From the human T2T-CHM13v2.0 reference genome, Homo sapiens: a stretch of 64,000 bases of DNA. Shown here piece by piece: positions 1 through 13,225 of the stretch. A program made the position numbers and the translations under genes. Each line of letters opens with the position of its first letter. Positions within the stretch are counted from its first letter, which is position 1. The notes beneath the pieces were generated by a model. The model saw nothing but the letters and a program-made list of their open reading frames with translations. It made no database searches and was not told the DNA's origin. The stretch lies in the NCBI RefSeq assembly GCF_009914755.1, contig NC_060925.1; one strand, given 5' to 3'.

Positions 1-33
1 CCTCCCAAAGTGTCAGGATTACAGATGAGAGCT
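1..33 (-). mobile_element. Alu 5' end (cut by window edge)
   Basis: cctcccaaagtgtcaggattacag is the reverse complement of an Alu left-arm start. Confidence 0.7.
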
Positions 34-235
34 GAGGAGTTCTTCTAATTCTGTTTGTCCTGTGTCCCTTTAAGGAAAGATATTTTCATCTTTCTTAAAG
101 TAATGCTTGGTATTTTTTTATTCAAAGGAATTAACTTCACCTTGGTCAGGTTTACATAATAGTGACTTAAATTAGAAATACAATCTCATGTTCAATTACC
201 TTTTAGAAGTAAGAACGTTGCCATTTAATTTATCA

Positions 236-835
236 CATCGGAGTTCAGTCAGGGAAGCAGAATTCTGTTAAGTGATACAGAATAAAGCTTTTACTAAGGG
301 ATTATACTTACACAATTGTGGAAGCTGGTTAAGCATTCTGTGTATAGTTGCTGCTTCAGAGTCTGGTATTAAGAGGCTGAAATCCTCAGGGCCAGCAGTC
401 AGGAGGGAAAGATGAATGTGACATGGGGGAGTAAAACAAATTAGAACCTGCGAGGACAAACTGGAACTCGTGTCTCTCACTGCCTTCTGTCTTCTAAGAT
501 GGGTGACCTGGAGGATAAGCTGGTGCCCTTCATTGGAGAGTTGCCCAGGCATCTGGACCAGAATTCAGAGCAGCTGAAGCAAGTGGTCCAGCGGGAGCTG
601 AAGGAGCTCCATGAGACATGCCAGCAACATCAGCTATGTCAAGCGTGAGTGCTGCTGTGTCTGGCCCTGCACTGACCTTCAGAGCATATAAATGGTTACT
701 GTTTTCATTTCTGCCTTCTTAATCTTGTGCAAATTTCTCTTGTGGCTGATGTTAGCCTAGGACCATAGAGAGAAGGGAATTCTGGGAAACGGAGTTCCAG
801 TTTAGCTAAGTTAACACATTGGAAGTCATTAAAAC
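236..835 (-). mobile_element. Ancient ERV-L-class LTR (3' LTR of the adjacent internal region); subfamily uncertain
   Basis: On the minus strand it follows an ERV-L-type PPT region (gccaagctgacaaggagtgg, ~836-856) and starts with an MLT2/ERVL-like tgtgttaacttagctaaactggaac motif. Confidence 0.6.
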
Positions 836-3800
836 CCACTCCTTGTCAGCTTGGCCATCATTTTAAGTATGAGATTTAGCCACACTTCTCTTAACCATAC
901 TTAAGATAAAGATAATAGCAGAATTAATCTTTAGCCTAACATGATACAAAAGTCTCTTTATCTATCTTTAGGTGATGCTCATTTCTCTTCTCAGTCTCTC
1001 CTTATTCCCTGCAACTTCAGTATTAACATAAAGAGTTAGCTAATGTTAACACTTTGATGTTGAATGATGGAGAAATGGGAAGGGGAATCAAAAAGAAAAA
1101 AAAGAATTGGTTAATATATATGCAAGTGTATTTACAGCAAAATAAGGAAAAAATATTTATAAGTATTACAGGGCTTGTTTCTGTAACTGGTCATGTGGTT
1201 GTAGGTGGTATTTATAATTACCTCCTTCAACTACTGATTCCATATTTCCTTTGCTCTCGGCAAACACTTCAGCTGAGTTTTGTTCTTTGCCTGGTGAAGT
1301 AACCCAAGCCTTCATTCCTGAGGAGTCTGGGCCATCAGAAGTCTTGCCTGCACTGGGTTATTGCAGTTTTCCATTGCCTTATCCCATAGGACATGGGAGT
1401 AAGAAGAGGTGCCCCAGAGGATCCCCTGCATTTCAGATATAGTCCGTCTTACAGACATTATGTAATAGCAACCTAATTTTCCCTTGATAGTCAGGATCAG
1501 TCACCCCAGCCAGTATGGTAACCTCTTTTTTTGCCTATTGATTCACTGCCATGAAGCAGTCTCAACTTGCCATTTAATGGACCATTACTATGACATCTGG
1601 TGGAAGCATTTTCTCCCTAGGCACTAAGACTTCTAGACCAGCAGAACCCAAAGTTGTAGGGACTAGAAAAAAATTTTTTTACTAATGGATCACTAAGGAT
1701 AATAGTGAGAACAGCTATTCCCATTTCTATTTATTGATTCCTGAACCTGTGAAATCTGGTTACAGGAGAAATAGCACCATATCTTAGTCACAAATTTGGA
1801 GTACATATTGCATCCTGGAATATATTACCCCAGCTCTGCAAGGTGTCGTTACCCAGCTGGCATCAAAACAATCTTCAAAAGATTGTTTTATCAAGACAGC
1901 TGCTTCAGAGTATTGGGGGAATATAGTGAGACTGGTGATTTCTCAAAGCATGAGCCTGCTTTCATTCTTTATTTGCTATAAAATGAGTTCGTTGCCTAGA
2001 AGCAATGCTATGTGGAATACCATGATGCTAAAGAAATACTATAATGGTGAAAATGTATTCTGTAAGTCCACCAGTGAAGGTTTTGTCATAGCATTGTGGA
2101 CAGAGAAGACAAATACATGTCTGTAGCAAGTATCTGTTCCAATGAGAATAGACAAAACACCTTCCCTTCTATTATGAAAGTAGTCTAAAATAATCAACCT
2201 GTCACTGGGTGACTGGGTAACCTTCTCTTACCCACCTGCCCACTCCACCCCCTGCCGCCTGCCACCCCCAGGAGTGGTGCTATTTTGGGAGCTCAGTGTT
2301 GTTCTATGAAGCTGACAGATTAGCCTTAGTGAATGTTCGTCTATGTTGCTGGGCCCATGCATAACCTTCATCCCTGCCATCATGGCTACTTTGTTCATGA
2401 GGCCATTGGGCAAGAATGGGTGGCTGGAGAAAGAGAGTAACTGATGTATACAGCATGAGTCATCTTTTCTGAGTATGTACATGGGAAACAGTGATCTCCA
2501 TATGCTGTGCTCATTCAGGGAGATCTATTCACAGATTTCCTCCTTGTTACTAATTTTCAAGTCATACTCTTTCTAAGTCCTTGATCATTCAGCCAAGCCA
2601 TTAGCACCAGTCTGTGAATCTCTATAGATTTATACTACATACTCTCTCTCTTTCTAGGCAAAATAAACAACCAGGTACACTGCTCAAAGTTCCGCCTGTA
2701 CTCTTCCTTTGGTACCACCCCAGAGTGGGACTCTAGTGCTCCATCTACTTATGGGTGGTACCAGCATATTGTGCAGAAACAACTGTAAATAAGACTTGTA
2801 TTGTTTCTTTCTTCATCACCAGGTCCTAGGGAACTCCCCATGAGGCCATATTTGTTGATTTAGACATCAATGTAGCAGGGGAGCAGGAGTATGGGTCAGG
2901 AGCATCTCATGCAATGTAATTTGTTCCTTCAAGACCTGCTCAAGCTTTATCTAATACATACCATTTGCATTTATAGTGGAATGTTGCAGTGCATGCCCAA
3001 CTTTTTGGCTTGATGAATCGGACAACACCCAGCTCATAATGGGAAGCTTATGTTGAATGGTAACTTGGTGGCCTATGGTCAATTGCTCAGTGTTTACTAG
3101 AGTTCGGTAGTAAGCTACTAGCTGCTTCCTCAAAAGAGAATAGTTGTCTGCAGAGAATGGCATACCTTTGCTCCAAAATCCTGAAGATCTACACTGTGGT
3201 TCATAAGGGGCCCACCAGAGGCTCCATACTGGATTTCTATCTGCCACAGACAGTTACTTCAAGCACCAGTGAGTCTTCGGGGTTCAAGTGGCTAAGCAGC
3301 TTGCATGACAGCCTAGGCCTGTTGCAGACCTCTGATGTTCTGGCGTCCATTCAAAACTGGCAGGCTTTCAGATTAGCTGTAATGGTAATGCAGTATATAT
3401 TACTTTCACTACTGACATACATGGTACCCTTTCTTAAGGGTAGAAGGGCCCAGATGCAGCAATTTCTTTTTGTCCTAAGAGAACTATCTCAGCATGTCCC
3501 AGACCACTAGACTCCTGGGAATTTCACTGAGGAGGCAGGTCCCTGAATTTATGTGGGATGTATATCTCACCCTCTGGCATGCTTGTGTCTTATCACGGTG
3601 TCTAAAGTAGTCATTACTTCCTGCTCACCAGATCTAGTCAGTGTAATGTCATCAATATAATGGACCAGTGTGATTTCCTATAGAAGGAAAGGTGATTAAG
3701 GTCCCTGTGCACTAGATCAGCGCTTCTAGCTGGGGGCAGTTTTACCTCCCAGGGCACATGTGCCAATGTTTGGAGACATTTTTGGTTATCACAAGTAGAG

Positions 3801-4620
3801 GTTGGAGTACTACTGGCATCTGCTGAGTAGAGGCTAGGGATGCTGTTACACTTCTTATAATGTGTAGGATAGTCTTCTATAACAAAGAATTATGTGGCCC
3901 CAAATGTCTGTAGTACTGAGTTTGAGAGACCCTGAACTAAATTATGACATAAGGGTAGAGGTTTGAAATAGCCCCCAGGTAGGATAGTAAATGAAGCAGC
4001 AAGCTGGTTCAGATGTTTCTTTACTAACAATTATAAATAAAAAAGCATTTGCAGTTCATCAGTCACACACCAGGTACTGGAGTGTGTTGATTTGATTCAG
4101 CAAGGAAACCACATCTAGAATAGTGCTGTAATTGGCATAACCAACTTATAAAACTTTGATAACTTAACTGTCATTTTACAAGATTCATCTGTCTTCTGCA
4201 TAGGCCAAATAGGTGAGCTGAGTGGAGATGTAGTGGGAATTGCCATCCCTGAAAATTTTAAACTTTTTATGGTGGCACTAAACCTACAGTTCCCCCAGGA
4301 AGCAATATTGCTTTTGGTTTACTATTTTGGTAAGCCCAAGCAGTTCTAATGGCTTCCACTTGTCCTTTCCCAGTGTAATAGTCCTTAATTCGCAGGCCAA
4401 GGGATGAATGTGTAGGCTGTAGCAGATGCTGAGTACATGTCTTCCAACTGTATTCCAGAACTGGGGAAGTAACCACAGAATGGGTTTGGGGACCCACTGA
4501 TTCCATTGTGAACTGGACCCAGTCCAAAACGTCATTGATCATCTGATTTCCATAAACTCCTGCTTTGATTGGTGGATCACAGTGGAATTTGGGGTCTCTA
4601 GGAATTACTACTTTGGAGAT
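836..4620 (-). mobile_element. Degraded ERV-L (HERV-L/ERVL-E-like) internal region: pro-RT-RNaseH-IN remnants
   Basis: Minus-strand peptides: KWKPLELL..KIVNQKQY (pro/RT), ITLVHYIDDITL (YIDD at 3648-3659), GFWSKGMPFSADNYS..QLVAYY (RNaseH tether), AQWPHEQSSHDGRDEGYAWAQQH (integrase zinc finger). Many stops and frameshifts. Confidence 0.9.
3718..3934 (+). mobile_element. MER20 (hAT-Charlie MITE) nested in ERV-L RT
   Basis: cagcgcttct...ggagacatttttggttatcacaa...aacaaagaattat...gagagaccctg matches recalled MER20. Degenerate 8-bp TSD cactagat/aactaaat. Confidence 0.88.
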
Positions 4621-4759
4621 AGTTTGGAGATGTGGCAGGGGGTTGAGGGCATGGAAATCTATTACATAATCATCCTATCTGTATTAGATATATTTAATTG
4701 TAATGAAAATAATCACATATGACTTAATTTATGTCTCAGTTTATTCTGGCTGCTGTGGG

Positions 4760-5270
4760 CAGAATTCTTAGGGGTAAGGAGGATGCAAAATAATGAGAAG
4801 CAGAGAAAATTGTTGGGAGGTTGTTGATGTATTGAAGTAAGAGATGATGACAACTTGGTCTAAGTGGTAAAGGTAAAGGTGTAGAGAAGTGAATGGATTC
4901 GTGACGTGTTTTGGAGCTAAGGTTGATTGCCTTTGCTTATGGGACTTGATTTGAGGAGTTAGGGTGAGGAAGAAGAAAACCAAAAATAACTAATTGATTT
5001 TTAGATGTAGAACCATTTAATGAGATGAGCTATTCTGTGAGAGGAGCAAATTTGATATTTGGAAATTAAGTTATGTTTGGCTATGAGAAATCTGAAGTGC
5101 CTATTCGATATCCATATGGAGATGTCATACAGTTGACACACAAGTCTAAAATTCAAGGAAGGTCATAGGTAGAGAGAAAGTTTGGGTGTCATATGGTACA
5201 GATAATATTGAAAGTCACATGACTGAGTAAATTCACCTAGGGAGAATATATAGCCAGGAAAAAGGGGAGA
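4760..5270 (-). mobile_element. L2 fragment (continues at ~8550-9275 and ~10250-10650)
   Basis: Typical antisense L2 ORF2 text (gagatgatgacaacttgg...gagaagtgaatggattc...gtgcctattcgatatcca...ttgaaagtcacatgactgag). ORF track gives an L2-like peptide. Confidence 0.7.
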
Positions 5271-6686
5271 GTACCAAAAACATAGTGGACTGAATTGACA
5301 TGGTTCCCTTTCTTCTTGCTGCTAATATGTAGATAGACTTAAAATATAATTTCTGAAAGTTTATTAACTACATAACTGAGCTTTAAAGGACAAAGGAATG
5401 AAGAGAAATCAAAGCCAGAATGGTAAGCACAAGCTGACATAATGGCATTCCTCAGGGCTTTTTGATCCAGCATAAGAGTTGGGACATGTAGCTCTAACAC
5501 TGTCTTAGGGACAGGAAATACGGTATCAGCACCATCTGTGCTGGAAGAACTGGAAATGAACCTCCTGTATGAAGCTCAAAGCCTTGATAGCTCTGTCTCC
5601 CTGCAAAGAAAGTTAGAAAAAACTCTGCCCCTTAGTTGAGGGAGTTGACAAGGAAGCTTGTCATCAGTACCGGAGGCCTTAAGTTTAACGGGGAGACACT
5701 TAAACTTAAATGATTATTCTAAATAAATGAAAACATCAGCTCCATGCTATATGTCGAGTAGAAACCCCAAACTATGAAATTAACTTGAAAAAAATTTCAT
5801 GACTTGTTTTTGCTAGAAACAAGTGAAAAAGTGCTTGGTAGGATTACTTTCAAAATCTAGGACCCATGGGACTGTCACAAAAAAAAAAAAAAAAAAAAAA
5901 CAAATTACAGATTTCATGAGGAAACTAACCACTTGTGGAGAGAGTTAACAAATACAAAAAGTAGTAATACCACCCTAAGAACTGGAAATAATGCGACTAT
6001 CTGAACAATCTGAAATAAAGCAGAATATAAATTTGTTTAAAAAGTTTTAAAGGCAGTAATAAATACCATAATAAAAGAATAAGAAATGAAGAGAATTAAG
6101 CTGATTAGAAAAAGAACTAAATAGAAATTATAGAAATGAAGTATGTTGTCACTGAAATTAAAATCTCAGTAGAATGATTAAGCAGCAGATTATTCCCAGC
6201 CAAAGATAGACTTGATGGACTGGTATAGATCTGAGGAAATGACTTGGAATGAATCATAGAGAAATAGGGACTGAGGATATTAAAGACTGGTTAATAAATA
6301 TGGAATACAGATAAGAAAGTGCAGCATTCATCTAGTAGACATCCAGGAGGAGATAATAGAGTAAATTTTTGAGAGGCAGTATTTGAAAGATTGTGGCTAG
6401 GGGTTATCCAGAAGTGGAGAGAGATACATGTCTTCAGATTGATGCACAGCAAGTACCAGCAGAATAAATAAAAGGAGATTCATACCTATGGAATGGCAAA
6501 CTCAGAATAGAAAGAAAATTTTAATAACAGAGAAAACATGATTTCCAAAGTAACAAAAGTTAGAGTTCTCATCAGCAATAACAAATATTTTTAAAATGAA
6601 ATAATGTTTTTAAAGAATATGAGAGAAAATATCAGTCTCATGTTATCTTCTTAACTAAATGATCCTTCAAGAATAAGGACAAATTA

Positions 6687-7005
<319 letters not shown>

Positions 7006-7072
7006 CTACCTATGTACTCTTATGTTTGAATTACAAAAAAAATATAGTTCAGGGAGAAGGAAACAGAATTTA

Positions 7073-7570
<498 letters not shown>

Positions 7571-8549
7571 TGGGAAATGGCAGGGGAAACATTGGAGCTA
7601 AAAATTCTGAGGTCTTCAGTTATTGGGGAGGAGGATGGAAATGGACTATTTTATTATGCATTATGCATTTAAAAATTTAAAAGAATAAAAACTGAATGTA
7701 TAACTTCATAGCAGCTTGCAGTAGGGAGGAAGATTGAAGAAAAGTAAATCCAGTGGATAGAAGAAAAAGAAAAAACCAGGTAAGATAATCAGAAAATAAA
7801 TATAAAAGGATTAAACTCTCTTATTTAAAAAAATAGTTTCTCAGCTTGTGTAAAAACTAGTAAAACATAACTCTAGCTATTTTAAAGTGACTAAAGCTTG
7901 CTGACAATGAAAGGTTGAAAAAAAGATGATTAAGAATCTGACATATCAATATTAATATCAGACTAATAAGATAAAGAGCATTATTAAAGATAAAGGCCAT
8001 TACCCTAAATAATCAAAGATATTATTAACAAGGAGATATATTACTGTAACTTATACATATATAACAACATGGTCCAAAATATATAAAACAAAAAATTGAT
8101 ATATTTATAAAAGAAATGGGCAAATAGATGATTTTTAAGAAGCATCTCTAATGATAAAACTATAGAAATAAGAATAAGCAAAACTTGAACAAGCAAAATA
8201 AGTATTACTCAATGGAAATGTATAGAGTCGTATACTCTCAAAACAGAATATACTCTTCTCTTGAAACATTTATAGAACATTTCAGCTAAAATGCAACTAG
8301 GATGAAAATTTATTACCCTACATACACATATTAGAAAATAAGGAATTGAAAATTAATCAGCTAGTGTTAGAGAACTAAATAGGTTCAAGAGGTCAGTTTT
8401 GCAACCTAAAATAGGTTAAACAGATAAGGTAAGTAGAAGGAGGAAGTAATGAAAATTAGAGCAGCCATTAATGAAATAGCAAAATAAAGAAAAATTACAG
8501 AAATCAGAAACCTAAAAAGCTGGTTCTTTGAAAAGATGAATAAAACAGA

Positions 8550-9275
8550 AGGGGCTTTGGGACAGAGCTCTTGTGCATGTCAACATTTGGTGCTAGAGAA
8601 GAGCAGCAAAGGGCAGTGAAGTATCTGTTAGTAGGTTAGAAGGAAAATCTGGAGATTGTGGTGTTGTGGAAGCCAAGAGAATAAAGAGGGATAGGTCATC
8701 TGTGTTAAATGCAGCTGTTGTCAATCAGCAGGTAACTGATGATCTTGACAAGGCTAGTCCCAGTGGAATGATGGAGGCAAACCTGGTTGGAGTGGGTTGA
8801 AGTAAACACAGAGAAGTGATACAACAACTACAAAAACTTCTTTTAAGAACTTTTTATATATAGGAAAGCAGAGAAATAGGCCCATAGTTGGAAAGGGACA
8901 TGTGGTCATGGGAGAATTTTCTCTTTACCATGAGATACAGGAGCATGTTTATATGCTATTGAACAAAGTCTATTTGAGAGGGAGTAATTGATGATTCAGG
9001 TAAGTGAGACTAAGTGCGGGAGCAAAAGCTCTTGAAAAGATGGAACTGAACAGAATCCATAGCATGGGAAGTGGTTTTGGCAGGGAGATTTCACATAGGC
9101 AGAGAATATGGAGGCAGTGGGTAGGCTGCAGTTTTGATACAGATTGATGACTGAGTGGATCTCTAATTGTTTCTGGATTAATGAACCATAAAGCAAAGAC
9201 ATCACTGGCAAATGGGGATGTAAGAAGACAGAGGAGGAAGAATGAAGTGGAAGTTTTAGAGAAGAGTAAAGTGAG
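8550..9275 (-). mobile_element. L2 fragment
   Basis: ggtgttgtggaagccaagaga...tcatctgtgttaaatgcagctg...gatcttgacaaggc: antisense L2. Confidence 0.65.
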
Positions 9276-9279
9276 TGTA

Positions 9280-10243
9280 CAGTAGTCCCCCCTTATACTT
9301 GGGGTGTATGTTCTAAGACTGTGTTAGTCTGTTTTCACACTGCTGATAAAGACATACCCAAGATTGGGTGATTTATAAGGAGAAAGAGGTTTAATGGACT
9401 CACAGTTCCATATGGCTGGGGAGGCCTCACAATCATGGCAGAAGGCAAAAGGTACCTCTTACATGGCGGCAGGCAATAGAGAAAGAGCCAAGCGAAAGGG
9501 GAAACCCCTTATAAAGCCATCAGATCTCATGAGACTTATTCACTACCATGAGAACAGTATGGGGGAAACTGCCCCCCCATGATTCGTTTATCTCCCACCA
9601 GGTCCTTCCCACAACACATAAGAGTTATGGGAGCTCCAATTCAGGATGAGATTTGGGTGGGGCCACAGCTAAACCATATGAAAGATCCCCCCAGTGGATG
9701 GCTGAAACTGCAGATATACATATACTGTGCATGAATTTCTTTTTCCTCCTTTGCAACTTCATGGTTAGATTTGTTCTTCCCATGGATCTTAATTGCCTCA
9801 GCATGGGATTATTATTTTTTCCTTAATGTTGAGAACTTGCACCTTCTCACTTAAATTAAGTACATCATGGCTTCTCTTTGGCATACCTTAATTGCCAGCA
9901 TCACTGCCCTTGCACTTGGACCATTACGAAGTAAAATAGAGTTACTCAAACATAAAAGCACTGTGATGCCGAGACAGCCTATCTAATAAGTGAGATGGCT
10001 ACTAAGTGACTAATGGGTGGAAAGCCTATACAGCATGTGTATGCTGCACAAAGGCATGATTCAGGTCCTAAGCAGGACAGAATGGACAAAGTAAGACCTC
10101 ATCATACTATTCAGAATGATGCACAATTTAAAATGTATGAATTGCCTATTTCTGGAATTTTCAATTTAATATTTTCAGGTCATGGTTGACCTTAGGTAAC
10201 TAAAACCAGAGAAAGTGAAATCACAGATAAGCTGGGAATACTG
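9280..10243 (-). mobile_element. MER44-type (Tigger7 family) element split by THE1
   Basis: Termini cagtagtccccccttat and gataagctgggaatactg, TA TSDs, and MER44 text (gcacaatttaaaatgtatgaattgcctatttctggaattttc). Confidence 0.82.
9320..9681 (-). mobile_element. THE1 (THE1C-like) MaLR solo LTR
   Basis: tgtgttagtctgttttcacactgctgataaagacataccc...gagatttgggtgggg..aaaccatatga. 5-bp TSD aagac/aagat. Confidence 0.92.
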
Positions 10244-10658
10244 TACTCAAAGTACAGAGGACTGTCAGGTGATGTTGAGTCCTCATTGGGATCTGTGACC
10301 AAAAATTTAAGTGAAATCAGGGAGCTCATTTGTATATGTGTGTAACAATGTTGAGCTTTCAGGTGCAGATGTAGAGTAGGGAGTGGTTGGGTTTTGGAAT
10401 GGTGTGGGTTTGCCAAGCAAATATGGAAGAGAGTGTGGAAAGCAGGGAAGTTAGGGATGTTTGCAAAGGAGTGGTTATACCGAAGGACCCTGACATATAA
10501 CCTGAGTAAGGAGGTGTAGGTAGGACATTACAGGGATGAATGGTAGTGAGAATGGGAAGGGCCAGTGAATTAGAGGCTTTGAGGTTAAAGAAAGCTTTGA
10601 ATATTCCAGGAAAGGTATTTGAGACCAGAGTTAAACACATGAGATAAATGCTCTGTAT

Positions 10659-10877
10659 CAAGCTTGTCCAACCTGCAGCCCCTGGGCTGCATGCAGTCCA
10701 GGGCAGCTTTGAATACAGCCCAACACAAATTTGTAAACTTTCTTAAAACATTACGAGAATTTCTGTGATTTTTTTTTTAAGTTCATCAGCTGTCATTAGT
10801 GTTATTTTATGTATGGCCCAAGACAGTTCTTCTTCTTCCAGTGTGACCCAAGGAAGCCAAAAGATTGGACACCTCTG
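10659..10877 (-). mobile_element. MER30 (hAT-Charlie)
   Basis: caagcttgtccaacc...ggaagccaaaagattggacacctctg. TSD ctctgtat/ctctaaat. Confidence 0.88.
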
Positions 10878-11518
10878 CTCTAAATGTTCTTAGCTTCTCT
10901 GTGACAAGATTTACTTAGAGGGATACATGAAAAGTTAAAAAGTTACAAAGAACAAGGTCAAACAGAGTTTGATAATAGTGTTTCTAAGCAATGTGACAGG
11001 ATTTAAGCACTTCCTGGGAAGATCCATGCCATTTTGAGACACATGATCAGATAAATATTGTTAATATTGTCTGAGTTATTATTAAGATCTACTAGAATAG
11101 TATAGACAATGGGTAATGAAAATTGGACTTGGGTGAATGAAGAGACAGTATGTTAATGAATAAAAGATCAACCATTTTGTATTTGGAATTTGGCCAGGGA
11201 GCTGTTGTGTTCTGTTTACTTCTAGATATTCTAGATTTCAGAGTTTCATGGACTTAGAAAATTAATAAAAATAAAAATCTATTGGCAATGGATGACATTG
11301 CCAGCTTTTTGTTTGTCAAGTATGTGGGGGAAAACTTACCATGAGAAGAAGGCCATGATTTCAGAGGGATGATCCTTTTAAGAGAGAACATTTGGCAATC
11401 TTACACTAATATATGTGTATGCATTTGCATATGCATACAAATATATATTTTTTATTTGCTGAAGACCTGTGTAAACTTTTATCTGGTTGGAAATATTTTG
11501 GAAACCTTAACTTGCTTA

Positions 11519-11891
<373 letters not shown>

Positions 11892-12030
11892 TAGCTAAGA
11901 TAAAACTTCAGCCATAATGAGTAAAGGAATTTGAAGGTCCCCAAAGAACTGTGTAATTGATGAGGATTTCCATTAAATGCTCAGTACCATTTACAAACTC
12001 CCACCTCCCTCAACCCAGTAACATTTTGTA

Positions 12031-12368
12031 TAGTTGTCACTCCATGTCTGTGGGGATTGGTTCCAGGACCTCCCTCAAAAAAAAATTGACAGATGCTTAA
12101 GTCCCTTTATATAATATGGCATAGTATAATATTTGCATATATCTTGTGTATATCCTCCTATATACTTTAAAGCATCTTTAGATTACTTATAATACCGAAT
12201 ACAGTGCCTTCACACCAGTTCATTCATGTGGATTCAATGTAGTATTTGGCAGAGCAAATTCAGGTTTTGCTTTTTGGAACTTTGTGGAATTTTTTTTTCT
12301 GAATATTTTCAATCCATAGTTGGTTGAATCCATGGATGTGGGACACTACAGATGTAGAGGGCCAACTG
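12031..12368. mobile_element. MER2-type (TcMar-Tigger) MITE
   Basis: ggggattggttccaggacc...tagattacttataatacc...ttggttgaatccatggatg...gagggccaactg, flanked by TA. Confidence 0.82.
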
Positions 12369-12729
12369 TACATATTGATATCAGTCCTCTTCCTGCATTT
12401 AAGTAGGTAGCTTGGCCAGTAGCAGGTGCTGAACTAAGACACAGTCTCTTGGCAGGCCAGGGCTGTCTTTATTGCTTTGTCTACAAAATGTGGTTCTTAG
12501 TATGGTGCTCAATAAATGTCTGAGATCAAGGTAAATGAAATAATGTATCCCAAAGGCAGCTCCTAACACTGGAAGGGAAAATCCTTTCAAGCAGTAAATT
12601 AATGTAATTCTTGATTTTGGCAAATCGTAAATACAACCTGCAAAGACAATGAGGAAATTTATAAATAATTTTCCTTAAAAGAAGGTAAAAGAAAAGCCAA
12701 AAAAAAAATTACCAATTACCTGAAAAATA

Positions 12730-13225
12730 ATGGCTAACATTTATTGAATGCTTAGTATACCTCTTACTGTATTGTATGTTACTCATTCCATTTACTCAGC
12801 GTTACTGAGTTCCTACTTGTGAGTACTGGGGACTGTTCCTAGGAATCAGGACTATAGAAGTAAATAAGACAGACAAGATTCTTATTCTTACAAATCAGAT
12901 GAAAACAAGTAAATGATAACTGTCTATCATTTTAGATAGTAGTAAGTTATGTGAAGAAAATAAAGGAAAGTTAAAAGATGGAGAGAAACTGGCAGGAGGC
13001 ATTTTTAAAAACAGTGATCAGAGAAGACCCCTCTGTGTAGTTGGGTGAAAATTGACCATAGCCCTTTGAAGAAGATATTATCATTCATTTTCCTACTTGT
13101 GGTAACCTAGGAATACCCAAGTTAAAAAACGTGCCCAAGGTCACACAGCTTACAAGTTGCAGTGCCTGGATTCAAACCAGGTGGCCTGATTCCAGACCTG
13201 TTCATTTCTTTTAATCACTGTGCTA
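12730..13225 (-). mobile_element. L2 3' end and MIR fragments
   Basis: gctaacatttattgaatgct; tgcccaaggtcacacagct...ggattcaaaccagg (MIR core). Confidence 0.6.

Noticed and set aside
836-4620. Possible domesticated retroviral pol gene
   Set aside because: Only short fragments under ~100 aa, multiple frameshifts and a MER20 insertion in RT.
11408-11450. Short AT-rich palindromes (also ~5678-5710 and ~38010-38050)
   Set aside because: Stems of about 10-16 bp in low-complexity DNA, expected by chance; not miRNA-like.
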